Shown in pieces: positions 1 to 11,900 of a stretch of 64,000 bases of DNA. The stretch covers positions 19,966,001 through 20,030,000 of the forward strand of contig OZ249436.1 in NCBI GenBank assembly GCA_965235115.1, read 5' to 3'. The stretch comes from Laetmonice hystrix (taxonomy: Eukaryota). The notes beneath the pieces are model-generated. The model was not told the origin of the DNA. It was given only the letters and a program-made list of their open reading frames with translations, and did no database searches. A program made the translations under genes and the position numbers. The number at the start of each line of letters is the position of its first letter. The stretch's first letter is position 1.

Positions 1-104
1 TTCTTACATGCACCTCTAATATACACGCATGCCTCTTTTATTGGTTCCTCCAATAAAAGAATAGTCTGACCTTACATGATGATTCTGCCCATTGTTTGCG
101 TCAG

Positions 105-1530
105 GTGAGTGCTCAAAGAAGTTCTACAGGTCCAGGGTTATCTTTGAAGAAATGGTGAAACATTATCGAGACAGACTTATCCGATGTGACCCTTCCCATC
201 TTAAAGGATATAGGTCGTTCTTCGCCAACTCCGCTTGCTGCGTACCCTGTACAGTGGTAAGTCAGAAATAGTGCGTGGATTAGGCCTACTATATATTACG
301 ACGATGTGAACAAACTACATTGTATAGGCTAATACTTGATAATCGTTATATTTTCCGTTTCCTCACATCTTCTTGTTTTACAGAAGTTTAGTGGGCCTGA
401 ATCGATGCTTAATTTCTTCAACCATATGCGACGAACCATACATGGCGGAACCAAAGAGCAGAAAGAGAGCCACGCGTCTCTTCTCTCTCTGTGCATTCAT
501 CCATTAGTGGGTAAGATCGACTGTGACAACTAATCACTATTTTTATTTAGCTTGTATTTAGCTTGCATGCATGCATGTAGTTGCTCAAAGAGCGTAATAT
601 GATCTCTTTGGTTTGATGAAATTTAGATTATAGAACACAGGATAAAATTTAAAGGAATCATAGCACCCTGGTTGAGCGTTCCGGGAAGCCAGTTCGGCCT
701 GGTTTCACGCTTACCTCGTCAAAATATATGCACCTTCTGTCCTGAGGATACTTCCTAGGTTTAATATAGGCCTACATTATGTATTGTAAACAGACAGCAG
801 CGAAATGCACTGTCACCTTCCCATTTCACATTTTGTGTCGAGAACACTCAAAACCAACGCTGCATTCCGCCATCGGGAATGTCTGACTGCAGGCATAGCG
901 TTGCAACGGGTGAGATGATCACGCAAAACGGGTGTAAAGTCGCCCGGCCAAAACTCTATCGCGTAGGTGGGCTGCAGGTCTCGAAAAAGACGCGCGTCAT
1001 TCCAAATTTGCTGGTTTTTAAATATTTTTAAAAAATAGTCGCGAAATCCAACCAGGCAGGTAGGCAGTGCTACGGAACATAATTACCAGACTATATACAG
1101 GCAGTATTTTCGCCAATTTGTAAAATCTATATGAAATAGGTGACATGATTTTTTAAAGTTAAGAATTAAACAAAGCCAGGATAATGGAGCCAGGGATGCA
1201 TTATTAATGTTATGTCACTGTATATTATCACATGTGGATCCAGGCACAGGAAGAGTAAAAATCTCGGCTCCATTATTTACAGAACGTGACCTCGGTTTGC
1301 TGACGTCAGACGAGGCGGAAGAGTTATTGGCGATGATTTTGTTAGGAGACGAGTCGGGCAGCAGGGAGCGGGAAGGTGCGGCAGCCACCCTTGATGATGC
1401 TATCAAAGTGCTTCGTTCGACGGGAAAATTTGAGCTGTCTACTTCAATAGATACCATGGATTTTAACACGCTCAGTGACCTCTATGAAAGATTGACAAGG
1501 CTTCAACAGAATGCCCTGTTAGGGAGATAA
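105..1530 (+). CDS. Zinc-finger family paralogue A, 3' part only (last three coding exons; 5' end lies outside the window)
   Basis: Exons 105-256 (GECSKKFYRSRVIFEEMVKHYRDRLIRCDPSHLKGYRSFFANSACCVPCTV), 384-510 (KFSGPESMLNFFNHMRRTIHGGTKEQKESHASLLSLCIHPLV) and 1283-1530 (ERDLGLLTSDEAEELLAMILLG...ALLGR*). All have AG/GT boundaries with compatible phases (1,0,1), identical to the matching exons of paralogues B and C. AATAAA at 1610-1615. Confidence 0.8.
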
Positions 1531-4400
1531 TTATTACATGGAATGATACGAACATCTTTTACCATGTATAATTATACATGTTTTGTTGTTATTGATTTAG
1601 AAGCCAGACAATAAAGTATCGTTTATTATTGTTACCCACCATATATCGCAGTTCTTATGTGAAAGAATGTGTCAAACAGCAGCCAATATAAAGTAAATGT
1701 AGCCTATTATTAAGACAAACTCCCCCCCCCCCAAATGGGGGTATTTATAGACCCTTTCTGTGAATGATTATGCCACGGGTTTTTGAAAACCGGTCTGTAA
1801 TATCTTAATTGACCAACGGACTACCTCACTGTAGTGTTTGCATGGCTAGAAGGCCAGCCGATAAGATGTAGGGATTTCTCACTCTACTGAATGGCCTCCC
1901 ACACTGCTTGGCCCCACAGTGTATACTGTTTGGCCTCACTGTACTCTTTGGCCTCACTGTAGTGTTCGCTGGGGTGCTAGACCAGCCAGTATACCTCGTA
2001 GCGATTCCTCCCTGTACTGTTTGGCCTCCCTGTACCGTCTCCTTGTATACAAGACTAGCCAGTTGTATAGGAACGCCTCATGTTTCATGTTTCCATGCCT
2101 TTATTGTCCATGAGGCAGGCCATACTTTTCGTCTATCATCTACTCCCATGTAATCTGTGTCGCCTACAGACCATCTGTAAGCGTGCGACAACGTTGTCAG
2201 GTCGTCCCAATGACTGTTTGCCGTCAAGGTTTAGTTAACAACGGCAAATGACGCTGTACGCCTTTTCTATATCAGATATCCCATCCCCAAGTAACAAACA
2301 AACAAGCAAAGATGACACAGAGATGCTGCAGACAGAAAACACCAGGGCGGCGGCGGTGGCGTTGACTGCACTGCCGCCTTCCGGCCAGCGGTGGAATCAC
2401 CACGTACAGCTGGCCGGGATGGCGGGCACCTGTGGCTCTGAGGCGAGAGACAGGTTAAAGCAATGATAATCGAAAAATGGCTACATTTCTAATACGTCAA
2501 ATTGAAACTACGCCCCCCAAAATTATGATTCTTAGGCCAGATGTATAACTGCTGTCAAACGTATAGGTCTCGTACGTTCGCTACAGATAAATGGTTGTGA
2601 TCTGTACACTTTCCATTTGAGTATCTTCTTCAGATTTTAACATTAGATGCTCCTCGCCTGTACCTTTCATTTCCACTACCTCACTGTAGTGTTTGCATGG
2701 CTAGAAGGCCAGCCGGTAACATGTAGGAATTTCTCACTCTACTGAATGGCCTCCCACACTGCTTGGCCCCACAGTGTATACTGTTTGGCATCACTGTACT
2801 CTTTGGCCTCACTGTAGTGTTCGCTGGGGTGCTAGACCAGCCAGTATACCTCGTAGCGATTCCTCCCTATACTGTTTGGCCTCCCTGTACCGTCTGCTTG
2901 TATACAAGAGTAGCCAGTAGTATAGGGACGCCTCATGTTGCATGTTTCCATGCCTTTATTGTCCATGAGGCAGGTCATACCTTTCGTCTGTCATCTACTC
3001 CCATGTAATCTGTGTCGCCTACAGACCATCTGTAAGCGTCCGACAACGTTGTCAGGTCGTCCCAATGACTGTTTGCCGTCAAGGTTTAGTTAACAACGGC
3101 AAATGACGCTGTACGCCTTTTCTATATCAGATATCCCATCCCCAAGTAACAAACAAACAAGCAAAGATGACACAGAGATGCTGCAGACAGAAAACACCAG
3201 GGCGGCGGCGGTGGCGTTGACTGCACTGCCGCCTTCCGGCCAGCGGTGGAATCACCACGTACAGCTGGCCGGGATGGCGGGCACCTGTGGCTCTGAGGCG
3301 AGAGACAGGTTAAAGCAATGATAATCGAAAAATGGCTACATTTCTAATACGTCAAATTGAAACTACGCCCCCCAAAATTATGATTCTTAGGCCAGATGTA
3401 TAACTGCTGTCAAACGTATAGGTCCCGTACGTTCGCTACAGATAAATGGTTGTGATCTGTACACTTTCCATTTGAGTATCTTCTTCAGATTTTAACATTA
3501 GATGCTCCTCGCCTGTACCTTTCATTTCCACTACCTCACTGTAGTGTTTGCATGGCTAGAAGGCCAGCCGGTAACATGTAGGAATTTCTCACTCTACTGA
3601 ATGGCCTCCCACACTGCTTGGCCCCACAGTGTATACTGTTTGGCATCACTGTACTCTTTGGCCTCACTGTAGTGTTCGCTGGGGTGCTAGACCAGCCAGT
3701 ATACCTCGTAGCGATTCCTCCCTATACTGTTTGGCCTCCCTGTACCGTCTGCTTGTATACAAGAGTAGCCAGTAGTATAGGGACGCCTCATGTTTCATGT
3801 TTCCATGCCTTTATTGTCCATGAGGCAGGCCATACTTTTCGTCTATATCATCTACTCCCATGTAATCTGTGTCGCCTACAGACCATCTGTAAGCGTCCGA
3901 CAACGTTGTCAGGTCGTCCCAATGACTGTTTGCCGTCAAGGTTTAGTTAACAACGGCAAATGACGCTGAACGCCTTTTCTATATCAGATATCCCATCCCC
4001 AAGTAACAAACAAACAAGCAAAGATGACACAGAGATGCTGCAGACAGAAAACACCAGGGCGGCGGCGGTGGCGTTGACTGCACTGCCGCCTTCCGGCCAG
4101 CGGTGGAATCACCACGTACAGCTGGCCGGGATGGCGGGCACCTGTGGCTCTGAGGCGAGAGACAGGTTAAAGCAATGATAATCGAAAAATGGCTACATTT
4201 CTAATACGTCAAATTGAAACTACGCCCCCCAAAATTATGATTCTTAGGCCAGATGTATAACTGCTGTCAAACGTATAGGTCTCGTACGTTCGCTACAGAT
4301 AAATGGTTGTGATCTGTACACTTTCCATTTGAGTATCTTCTTCAGATTTTAACATTAGATGCTCCTCGCCTGTACCTTTCATTTCCACTACCTCACTGTA

Positions 4401-4552
4401 TTTTTCTTTTGAAATGCACGGGCATCAGGGGTAACCCAATTACTTTGACAATGTCCCTAAAGAGAAAAGTTGTATAGTCCTCTACAGGAATCGAACCCAG
4501 GCCCTAAGATTACTGCACCCATTCGCATAGCATAAGGTGTTGACATCCATGC
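4401..4552 (-). mobile_element. 152 bp 5'-truncated tRNA-derived (SINE-like) insertion in a satellite monomer
   Basis: Inserted at CCTCACTGTA|GTGTTTGC. Contains the B box (GGTTCGATTCC on the - strand) but not the A box. Matches 35321-35475. Confidence 0.85.
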
Positions 4553-7500
4553 GTGTTTGCATGGCTAGAAGGCCAGCCGGTAACATGTAGGAATTTCTCA
4601 CTCTACTGAATGGCCTCCCACACTGCTTGGCCCCACAGTGTATACTGTTTGGCATCACTGTACTCTTTGGCCTCACTGTAGTGTTCGCTGGGGTGCTAGA
4701 CCAGCCAGTATACCTCGTAGCGATTCCTCCCTATACTATTTGGCCTCCCTGTACCGTCTGCTTGTATACAAGAGTAGCCAGTAGTATAGGGACGCCTCAT
4801 GTTTCATGTTTCCATGCCTTTATTGTCCATGAGGCAGGCCATACTTTTCGTCTATATCATCTACTCCCATGTAATCTGTGTCGCCTACAGACCATCTGTA
4901 AGCGTCCGACAACGTTGTCAGGTCGTCCCAATGACTGTTTGCCGTCAAGGTTTAGTTAACAACGGCAAATGACGCTGAACGCCTTTTCTATATCAGATAT
5001 CCCATCCCCAAGTAACAAACAAACAAGCAAAGATGACACAGAGATGCTGCAGGCAGTAAACACCAGGGCGGCGGCGGTGGCGTTGACTGCACTGCCGCCT
5101 TCCGGCCAGCGGTGGAATCACCACGTACAGCTGGCCGGGATGGCGGGCACCTGTGGCTCTGAGGCGAGAGACAGGTTAAAGCAATGATAATCGAAAAATA
5201 GCTACATTTTTGATACGTCAAATTGAAACTACGCCCCCAAAAATTATGATTCTTAGGCCAGATGTTTAACTGTCAAACGTATAGGTCTCGTACGTTCGCT
5301 ACAGATAAATGGTTGTGATCTGTACACTTTCCATTTGAGTACCTTCTCCAGATTTCAACATTAGATGCTCCTCGCCTGTACCTTTCATTTCCACTACCTC
5401 ACTGTAATGTTTGCATGGCTAGAAGGCCAGCCGGTAAGATGTAGGGATTTCTTACTCTACTGAATGGCCTCCCACACTGCTTGGCTCCACAGTGTATACT
5501 GTTTGGCCTCACTGTACTCTTTGGCCTCACTGTAGTGTTCGCTGGGATGCTAGACCAGCCAGTATACCTCGTAGCGATTCCTCCCTGTACTGTTTGGCCT
5601 CCCTGTACCGTCTCCTTGTATACAAGAGTAGCCAGTTGTATAGGAACGCCTCATGTTTCATGTTTCCATGCCTTTATTGTCCATGAGGCAGGCCATACTT
5701 TTCGTCTATCATCTACTCCCATGTAATCTGTGTCGCCTACAGACCATCTATAAGCGTGCGACAACGTTGTCAGGTCGTCCCAATGACTGTTTGCCGTCAA
5801 GGTTTAGTTAACAACGGCAAATGACGCTGTACGCCTTTTCTATATCAGATATCCCATCCCCAAGTAACAAACAAACAAGCAAAGATGACACAGAGATGCT
5901 GCAGGCAGTAAACACCAGGGCGGCGGCGGTGGCGTTGACTGCACTGCCGCCTTCCGGCCAGCGGTGGAATCACCACGTACAGCTGGCCGGGATGGCGGGC
6001 ACCTGTGGCTCTGAGGCGAGAGACAGGTTAAAGCAATGATAATCGAAAAATGGCTACATTTTTGATACGTCAAATTGAAACTACGCCCCCCAAAATTATG
6101 ATTCTTAGGCCAGATGTTTAACTGTCAAACGTATAGGTCTCGTACGTTCGCTACAGATAAATGGTTGTGATCTGTACACTTTCCATTTGAGTACCTTCTC
6201 CAGATTTCAACATTAGATGCTCCTCGCCTGTACCTTTCATTTCCACTACCTCACTGTAATGTTTGCATGGCTAGAAGGCCAGCCGGTAAGATGTAGGGAT
6301 TTCTTACTCTACTGAATGGCCTCCCACACTGCTTGGCCCCACAGTGTATACTGTTTGGCCTCACTGTACTCTTTGGCCTCACTGTAGTGTTCGCTGGGAT
6401 GCTAGACCAGCCAGTATACCTCGTAGCGATTCCTCCCTGTACTGTTTGGCCTCCCTGTACCGTCTCCTTGTATACAAGAGTAGCCAGTTGTATAGGAACG
6501 CCTCATGTTTCATGTTTCCATGCCTTTATTGTCCATGAGGCAGGCCATACTTTTCGTCTATCATCTACTCCCATGTAATCTGTGTCGCCTACAGACCATC
6601 TGTAAGCGTGCGACAACGTTGTCAGGTCGTCCCAATGACTGTTTGCCGTCAAGGTTTAGTTAACAACGGCAAATGACGCTGTACGCCTTTTCTATATCAG
6701 ATATCCCATCCCCAAGTAACAAACAAACAAGCAAAGATGACACAGAGATGCTGCAGGCAGTAAACACCAGGGCGGCGGCGGTGGCGTTGACTGCACTGCC
6801 GCCTTCCGGCCAGCGGTGGAATCACCACGTACAGCTGGCCGGGATGGCGGGCACCTGTGGCTCTGAGGCGAGAGACAGGTTAAAGCAATGATAATCGAAA
6901 AAATGGCTACATTTTTGATACGTCAAATTGAAACTACGCCCCCCCAAATTATGATTCTTAGGCCAGATGTATAACTGTCAAACGTATAGGTCTCGTACGT
7001 TCGCTACAGATAAATGGTTGTGATCTGTACACTTTCCATTTGAGTACCTTATCCAGATTTTAACATTAGATGCTCCTCGCCTGTACCTTTCATTTCCACT
7101 ACCTCACTGTAGTGTTTGCATGGCTAGAAGGCCAGCCGGTAACATGTAGGAATTTCTCACTCTACTGAATGGCCTCCCACACTGCTTGGCCCCACAGTGT
7201 ATACTGTTTGGCATCACTGTACTCTTTGGCCTCACTGTAGTGTTCGCTGGGGTGCTAGACCAGCCAGTATACCTCGTAGCGATTCCTCCCTATACTGTTT
7301 GGCCTCCCTGTACCGTCTGCTTGTATACAAGAGTAGCCAGTAGTATAGGGACGCCTCATGTTTCATGTTTCCATGCCTTTATTGTCCATGAGGCAGGCCA
7401 TACTTTTCGTCTATCATCTACTCCCATGTAATCTGTGTCGCCTACAGACCATCTGTAAGCGTGCGACAACGTTGTCAGGTCGTCCCAATGACTGTTTGCC

Positions 7501-7966
7501 GTCAAGGTTTAGTTAACAACGGCAAATGACGCTGTACGCCTTTTCTATATCAGATATCCCATCCCCAAGTAACAAACAAACAAGCAAAGATGACACAGAG
7601 ATGCTGCAGGCAGTAAACACCAGGGCGGCGGCGGTGGCGTTGACTGCACTGCCGCCTTCCGGCCAGCGGTGGAATCACCACGTACAGCTGGCCGGGATGG
7701 CGGGCACCTGTGGCTCTGAGGCGAGAGACAGGTTAAAGCAATGATAATCGAAAAATGGCTACATTTCTAATACGTCAAATTGAAACTACGCCCCCCAAAA
7801 TTATGATTCTTAGGCCAGATGTATAACTGCTGTCAAACGTATAGGTCTCGTACGTTCGCTACAGATAAATGGTTGTGATCTGTACACTTTCCATTTGAGT
7901 ATCTTCTTCAGATTTTAACATTAGATGCTCCTCGCCTGTACCTTTCATTTCCACTACCTCACTGTA

Positions 7967-8923
7967 TTTTTCTTTTGAAATGCACGGGCATCAGGGGTAA
8001 CCCAATTACTTTGACAATGTCCCTAAAGAGAAAAGTTGTATAGTCCTCTACAGGAATCGAACCCCGGCCCTAAGATTACTGCACCCATTCGCATAGCATA
8101 AGGTGTCGACATCCATGCCTACTAGGCCACCGCCACTCCCCTATAAAAGGAGCTTTGGTGGTCGAGCAGGACAATGGACCCTCCCCCCTACACACATCTT
8201 TTTTAAATGAGACGGAATCCATATTTTCCTAGTTAGAGCTACACATGATTTCTACCGAACATTGACTGTTAAGGTAATCCTGGCACTGGCGTAGACTGTA
8301 TTTTTCTTTTGAAATGCACGGGCATCAGGGGTAACCCAATTACTTTGACAATGTCCCTAAAGAGAAAAGTTGTATAGTCCTCTACAGGAATCGAACCCCG
8401 GCCCTAAGATTACTGCACCCATTCGCATAGCATAAGGTGTCGACATCCATGCCTACTAGGCCACCGCCACTCCCCTATAAAAGGAGCTTTGGTGGTCGAG
8501 CAGGACAATGGACCCTCCCCCCTACACACATCTTTTTTAAATGAGACGGAATCCATATTTTCCTAGTTAGAGCTACACATGATTTCTACCGAACATTGAC
8601 TGTTAAGGTAATCCTGGCACTGGCGTAGACTGTATTTTTCTTTTGAAATGCACGGGCATCAGGGGTAACCCAATTACTTTGACAATGTCCCTAAAGAGAA
8701 AAGTTGTATAGTCCTCTACAGGAATCGAACCCCGGCCCTAAGATTACTGCACCCATTCGCATAGCATAAGGTGTCGACATCCATGCCTACTAGGCCACCG
8801 CCACTCCCCTATAAAAGGAGCTTTGGTGGTCGAGCAGGACAATGGACCCTCCCCCCTACACACATCTTTTTTAAATGAGACGGAATCCATATTTTCCTAG
8901 TTAGAGCTACACATGATTTCTAA
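7967..8923 (-). mobile_element. 957 bp insert: 2.87 tandem copies of a 334 bp unit carrying a tRNA-derived head
   Basis: Unit starts at 7967, 8301 and 8635 (period 334). The - strand has A box TGGCCTAGTAGG and B box GGTTCGATTCC. Inserted at CCTCACTGTA|GTGTTTGC. Confidence 0.9.
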
Positions 8924-11900
8924 GTGTTTGCATGGCTAGAAGGCCAGCCGGTAACATGTAGGAATTTCTCACTCTACTGAATGGCCTCCCACACTGCTTG
9001 GTCCCACAGTGTATACTGTTTGGCATCACTGTACTCTTTGGCCTCACTGTAGTGTTCGCTGGGGTGCTAGACCAGCCAGTATACCTCGTAGCGATTCCTC
9101 CCTATACTGTTTCGCCTCCCTGTACCGTCTGCTTGTATACAAGAGTAGCCAGTAGTAATAGGGACGCCTCATGTTTCATGTTTCCATGCCTTTATTGTCC
9201 ATGAGGCAGGCCATATCTTTCGTCTATCATCTACTCCCATGTAATCTGTGTCGCCTACAGACCATCTGTAAGCGTCCGACAACGTTGTCAGGTCGTCCCA
9301 ATGACTGTTTGCCGTCAAGGTTTAGTTAACAACGGCAAATGACGCTGTACGCCTTTTCTATATCAGATATCCCATCCCCAAGTAACAAACAAACAAGCAA
9401 AGATGACACAGAGATGCTGCAGGCAGTAAACACCAGGGCGGCGGCGGTGGCGTTGACTGCACTGCCGCCTTCCGACCAGCGGTGGAATCACCACGTACAG
9501 CTGGCCGGGATGGCGGGCACCTGTGGCTCTGAGGCGAGAGACAGGTTAAAGCAATGATCATCGAAAAATGGCTACATTTTTGATACGTCAAATTGAAACT
9601 ACGCCCCCAAAAATTATGATTCTTAGGCCAGATGTTTAACTGTCAAACGTATAGGTCTCGTACGTTAGCTACAGATAAATGGTTGTGATCTGTACACTTT
9701 CCATTTGAGTACCTTCTCCAGATTTCAACATTAGATGCTCCTCGCCTGTACCTTTCATTTCCATTACCTCACTGTAGTGTTTGCATGGCTAGAAGGCCAG
9801 CCGGTAAGATGTAGGGATTTCTTACTCTACTGAATGGCCTCCCACACTGCTTGGCCCCACAGTGTATACTGTTTGGCCTCTCTGCTCTTTGGCCTCACTG
9901 TAGTGTTCGCTGGGATGCTAGACCAGCCAGTATACCTCGTAGCGATTCCTCCCTGTACTGTTTGGCCTCCCTGTACCGTCTCCTTGTATACAAGAGTAGC
10001 CAGTTGTATAGGAACGCCTCATGTTTCATGTTTTCATGCCTTTATTGTCCATGAGGCAGGCCATACTTTTCGTCTATCATCTACTCCCATGTAATCTGTT
10101 TCGCCTACAGACCATCTGTAAGCGTCCGACAACGTTGTCAGGTCGTCCCAATGACTGTTTGCCGTCAAGGTTTAGTTAACAACGGCAAATGACGCTGTAC
10201 GCCTTTTCTATATCAGATATCCCACCCCCAAGTAACAAACAAACAAGCAAAGATGACACAGAGATGCTGCAGGCAGTAAACACCAGGGCGGCGGCGGTGG
10301 CGTTGACTGCACTGCCGCCTTCCGGCCAGCGGTGGAATCACCACCTACAGCTGGCCGGGATGGCGGGCACCTGTGGCTCTGAGGCGAGAGACAGGTTAAA
10401 GCAATGATCATCGAAAAATGTCTACATTTTTGATACGTCAAATTGAAACTACGCCCCCCAAAATTATGATTCTTAGGCCAGATGTATAACTGTCAAACGT
10501 ATAGGTCTCGTACGTTCGCTACAGATAAATGGTTGTGATCTGTACACTTTCCATTTGAGTATCTTCTCCAGATTTTAACATTAGATGCTCCTCGCCTGTA
10601 CCTTTCATTTCCACTACCTCACTGTAGTGTTTGCATGGCTAGAAGGCCAGCCGGTAAGATGTAGGGATTTCTCACTCTACTGAATGGCCTCCCACACTGC
10701 TTGGCCCCACAGTGTATACTGTTTGGCCTCACTGTACTCTTTGGCCTCACTGTAGTGTTCGCTGGGGTGCTAGACCAGCCAGTATACCTCGTAGCGATTC
10801 CTCCCTGTACTGTTTGGCCTCCCTGTACCGTCTGCTTGTATACAAGAGTAGCCAGTAGTATAGGGACGCCTCATGTTTCATGTTTCCATGCCTTTATTGT
10901 CAATGAGGCAGGCCATACCTTTCGTCTGTCATCTACTCCCATGTAATCTGTGTCGCCTACAGACCATCTGTAAGCGTCCGACAACGTTGTCAGGTCGCCC
11001 CAATGACTGTTTGCCGTCAAGGTTTAGTTAACAACGGCAAATGACGCTGTACGCCTTTTCTATATCAGATATCCCATCCCCAAGTAACAAACAAACAAGC
11101 AAAGATGACACAGAGATGCTGCAGGCAGAAAACACCAGGGCGGCGGCGGTGGCGTTGACTGCACTGCCGCCTTCCGGCCAGCGGTGGAATCACCACGTAC
11201 AGCTGGCCGGGATGGCGGGCACCTGTGGCTCTGAGGCGAGAGACAGGTTAAAGCAATGATAATCGAAAAATGGCTACATTTCTAATACGTCAAATTGAAA
11301 CTACGCCCCCCAAAATTATGATTCTTAGGCCAGATGTATAACTGCTGTCAAACGTATAGGTCTCGTACGTTCGCTACAGATAAATGGTTGTGATCTGTAC
11401 ACTTTCCATTTGAGTATCTTCTTCAGATTTTAACATTAGATGCTCCTCGCCTGTACCTTTCATTTCCACTACCTCACTGTAGTGTTTGCATGGCTAGAAG
11501 GCCAGCCGGTAACATGTAGGAATTTCTCACTCTACTGAATGGCCTCCCACACTGCTTGGCCCCACAGTGTATACTGTTTGGCATCACTGTACTCTTTGGC
11601 CTCACTGTAGTGTTCGCTGGGGTGCTAGACCAGCCAGTATACCTCGTAGCGATTCCTCCCTATACTGTTTGGCCTCCCTGTACCGTCTGCTTGTATACAA
11701 GAGTAGCCAGTAGTATAGGGACGCCTCATGTTTCATGTTTCCATGCCTTTATTGTCAATGAGGCAGGCCATACCTTTCGTCTGTCATCTACTCCCATGTA
11801 ATCTGTGTCGCCTACAGACCATCTGTAAGCGTCCGACAACGTTGTCAGGTCGCCCCAATGACTGTTTGCCGTCAAGGTTTAGTTAACAACGGCAAATGAC

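Noticed and set aside
1908..2153. 81-aa hydrophobic ORF (MAPQCILFG...) and its overlapping frames
   Set aside because: Starts at TTG, is frameshifted in many copies, and its hydrophobicity comes from internal ~18 bp sub-repeats.
2230..2440. Selenoprotein or GPI-anchor-like frame on the - strand (…CTW-TGA-FHRWPEGGSAVNATAAALVFSVCSISVSSLLVCLLLG)
   Set aside because: In-frame TGA with no SECIS that I can identify, no upstream coding exon, and the hydrophobic tail partly derives from a (TTTG)n tract.
2248..2466. 72-aa ORF (MTLYAFSISD...) open in all full monomers as a tandem gene family
   Set aside because: No recognisable domain. The variants visible among copies change amino acids (Y/N, T/A, E/V, G/D, V/L, S/P), and the diverged copy at 33902+ is frameshifted. 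Openness is explained by recent amplification.
2595..2640. Hammerhead ribozyme (retrozyme) on the - strand: CTGAAGA...GAAA
   Set aside because: Stem II does not pair, the required UH after stem III is missing, and many monomers have CTGGAGA, which breaks the core.
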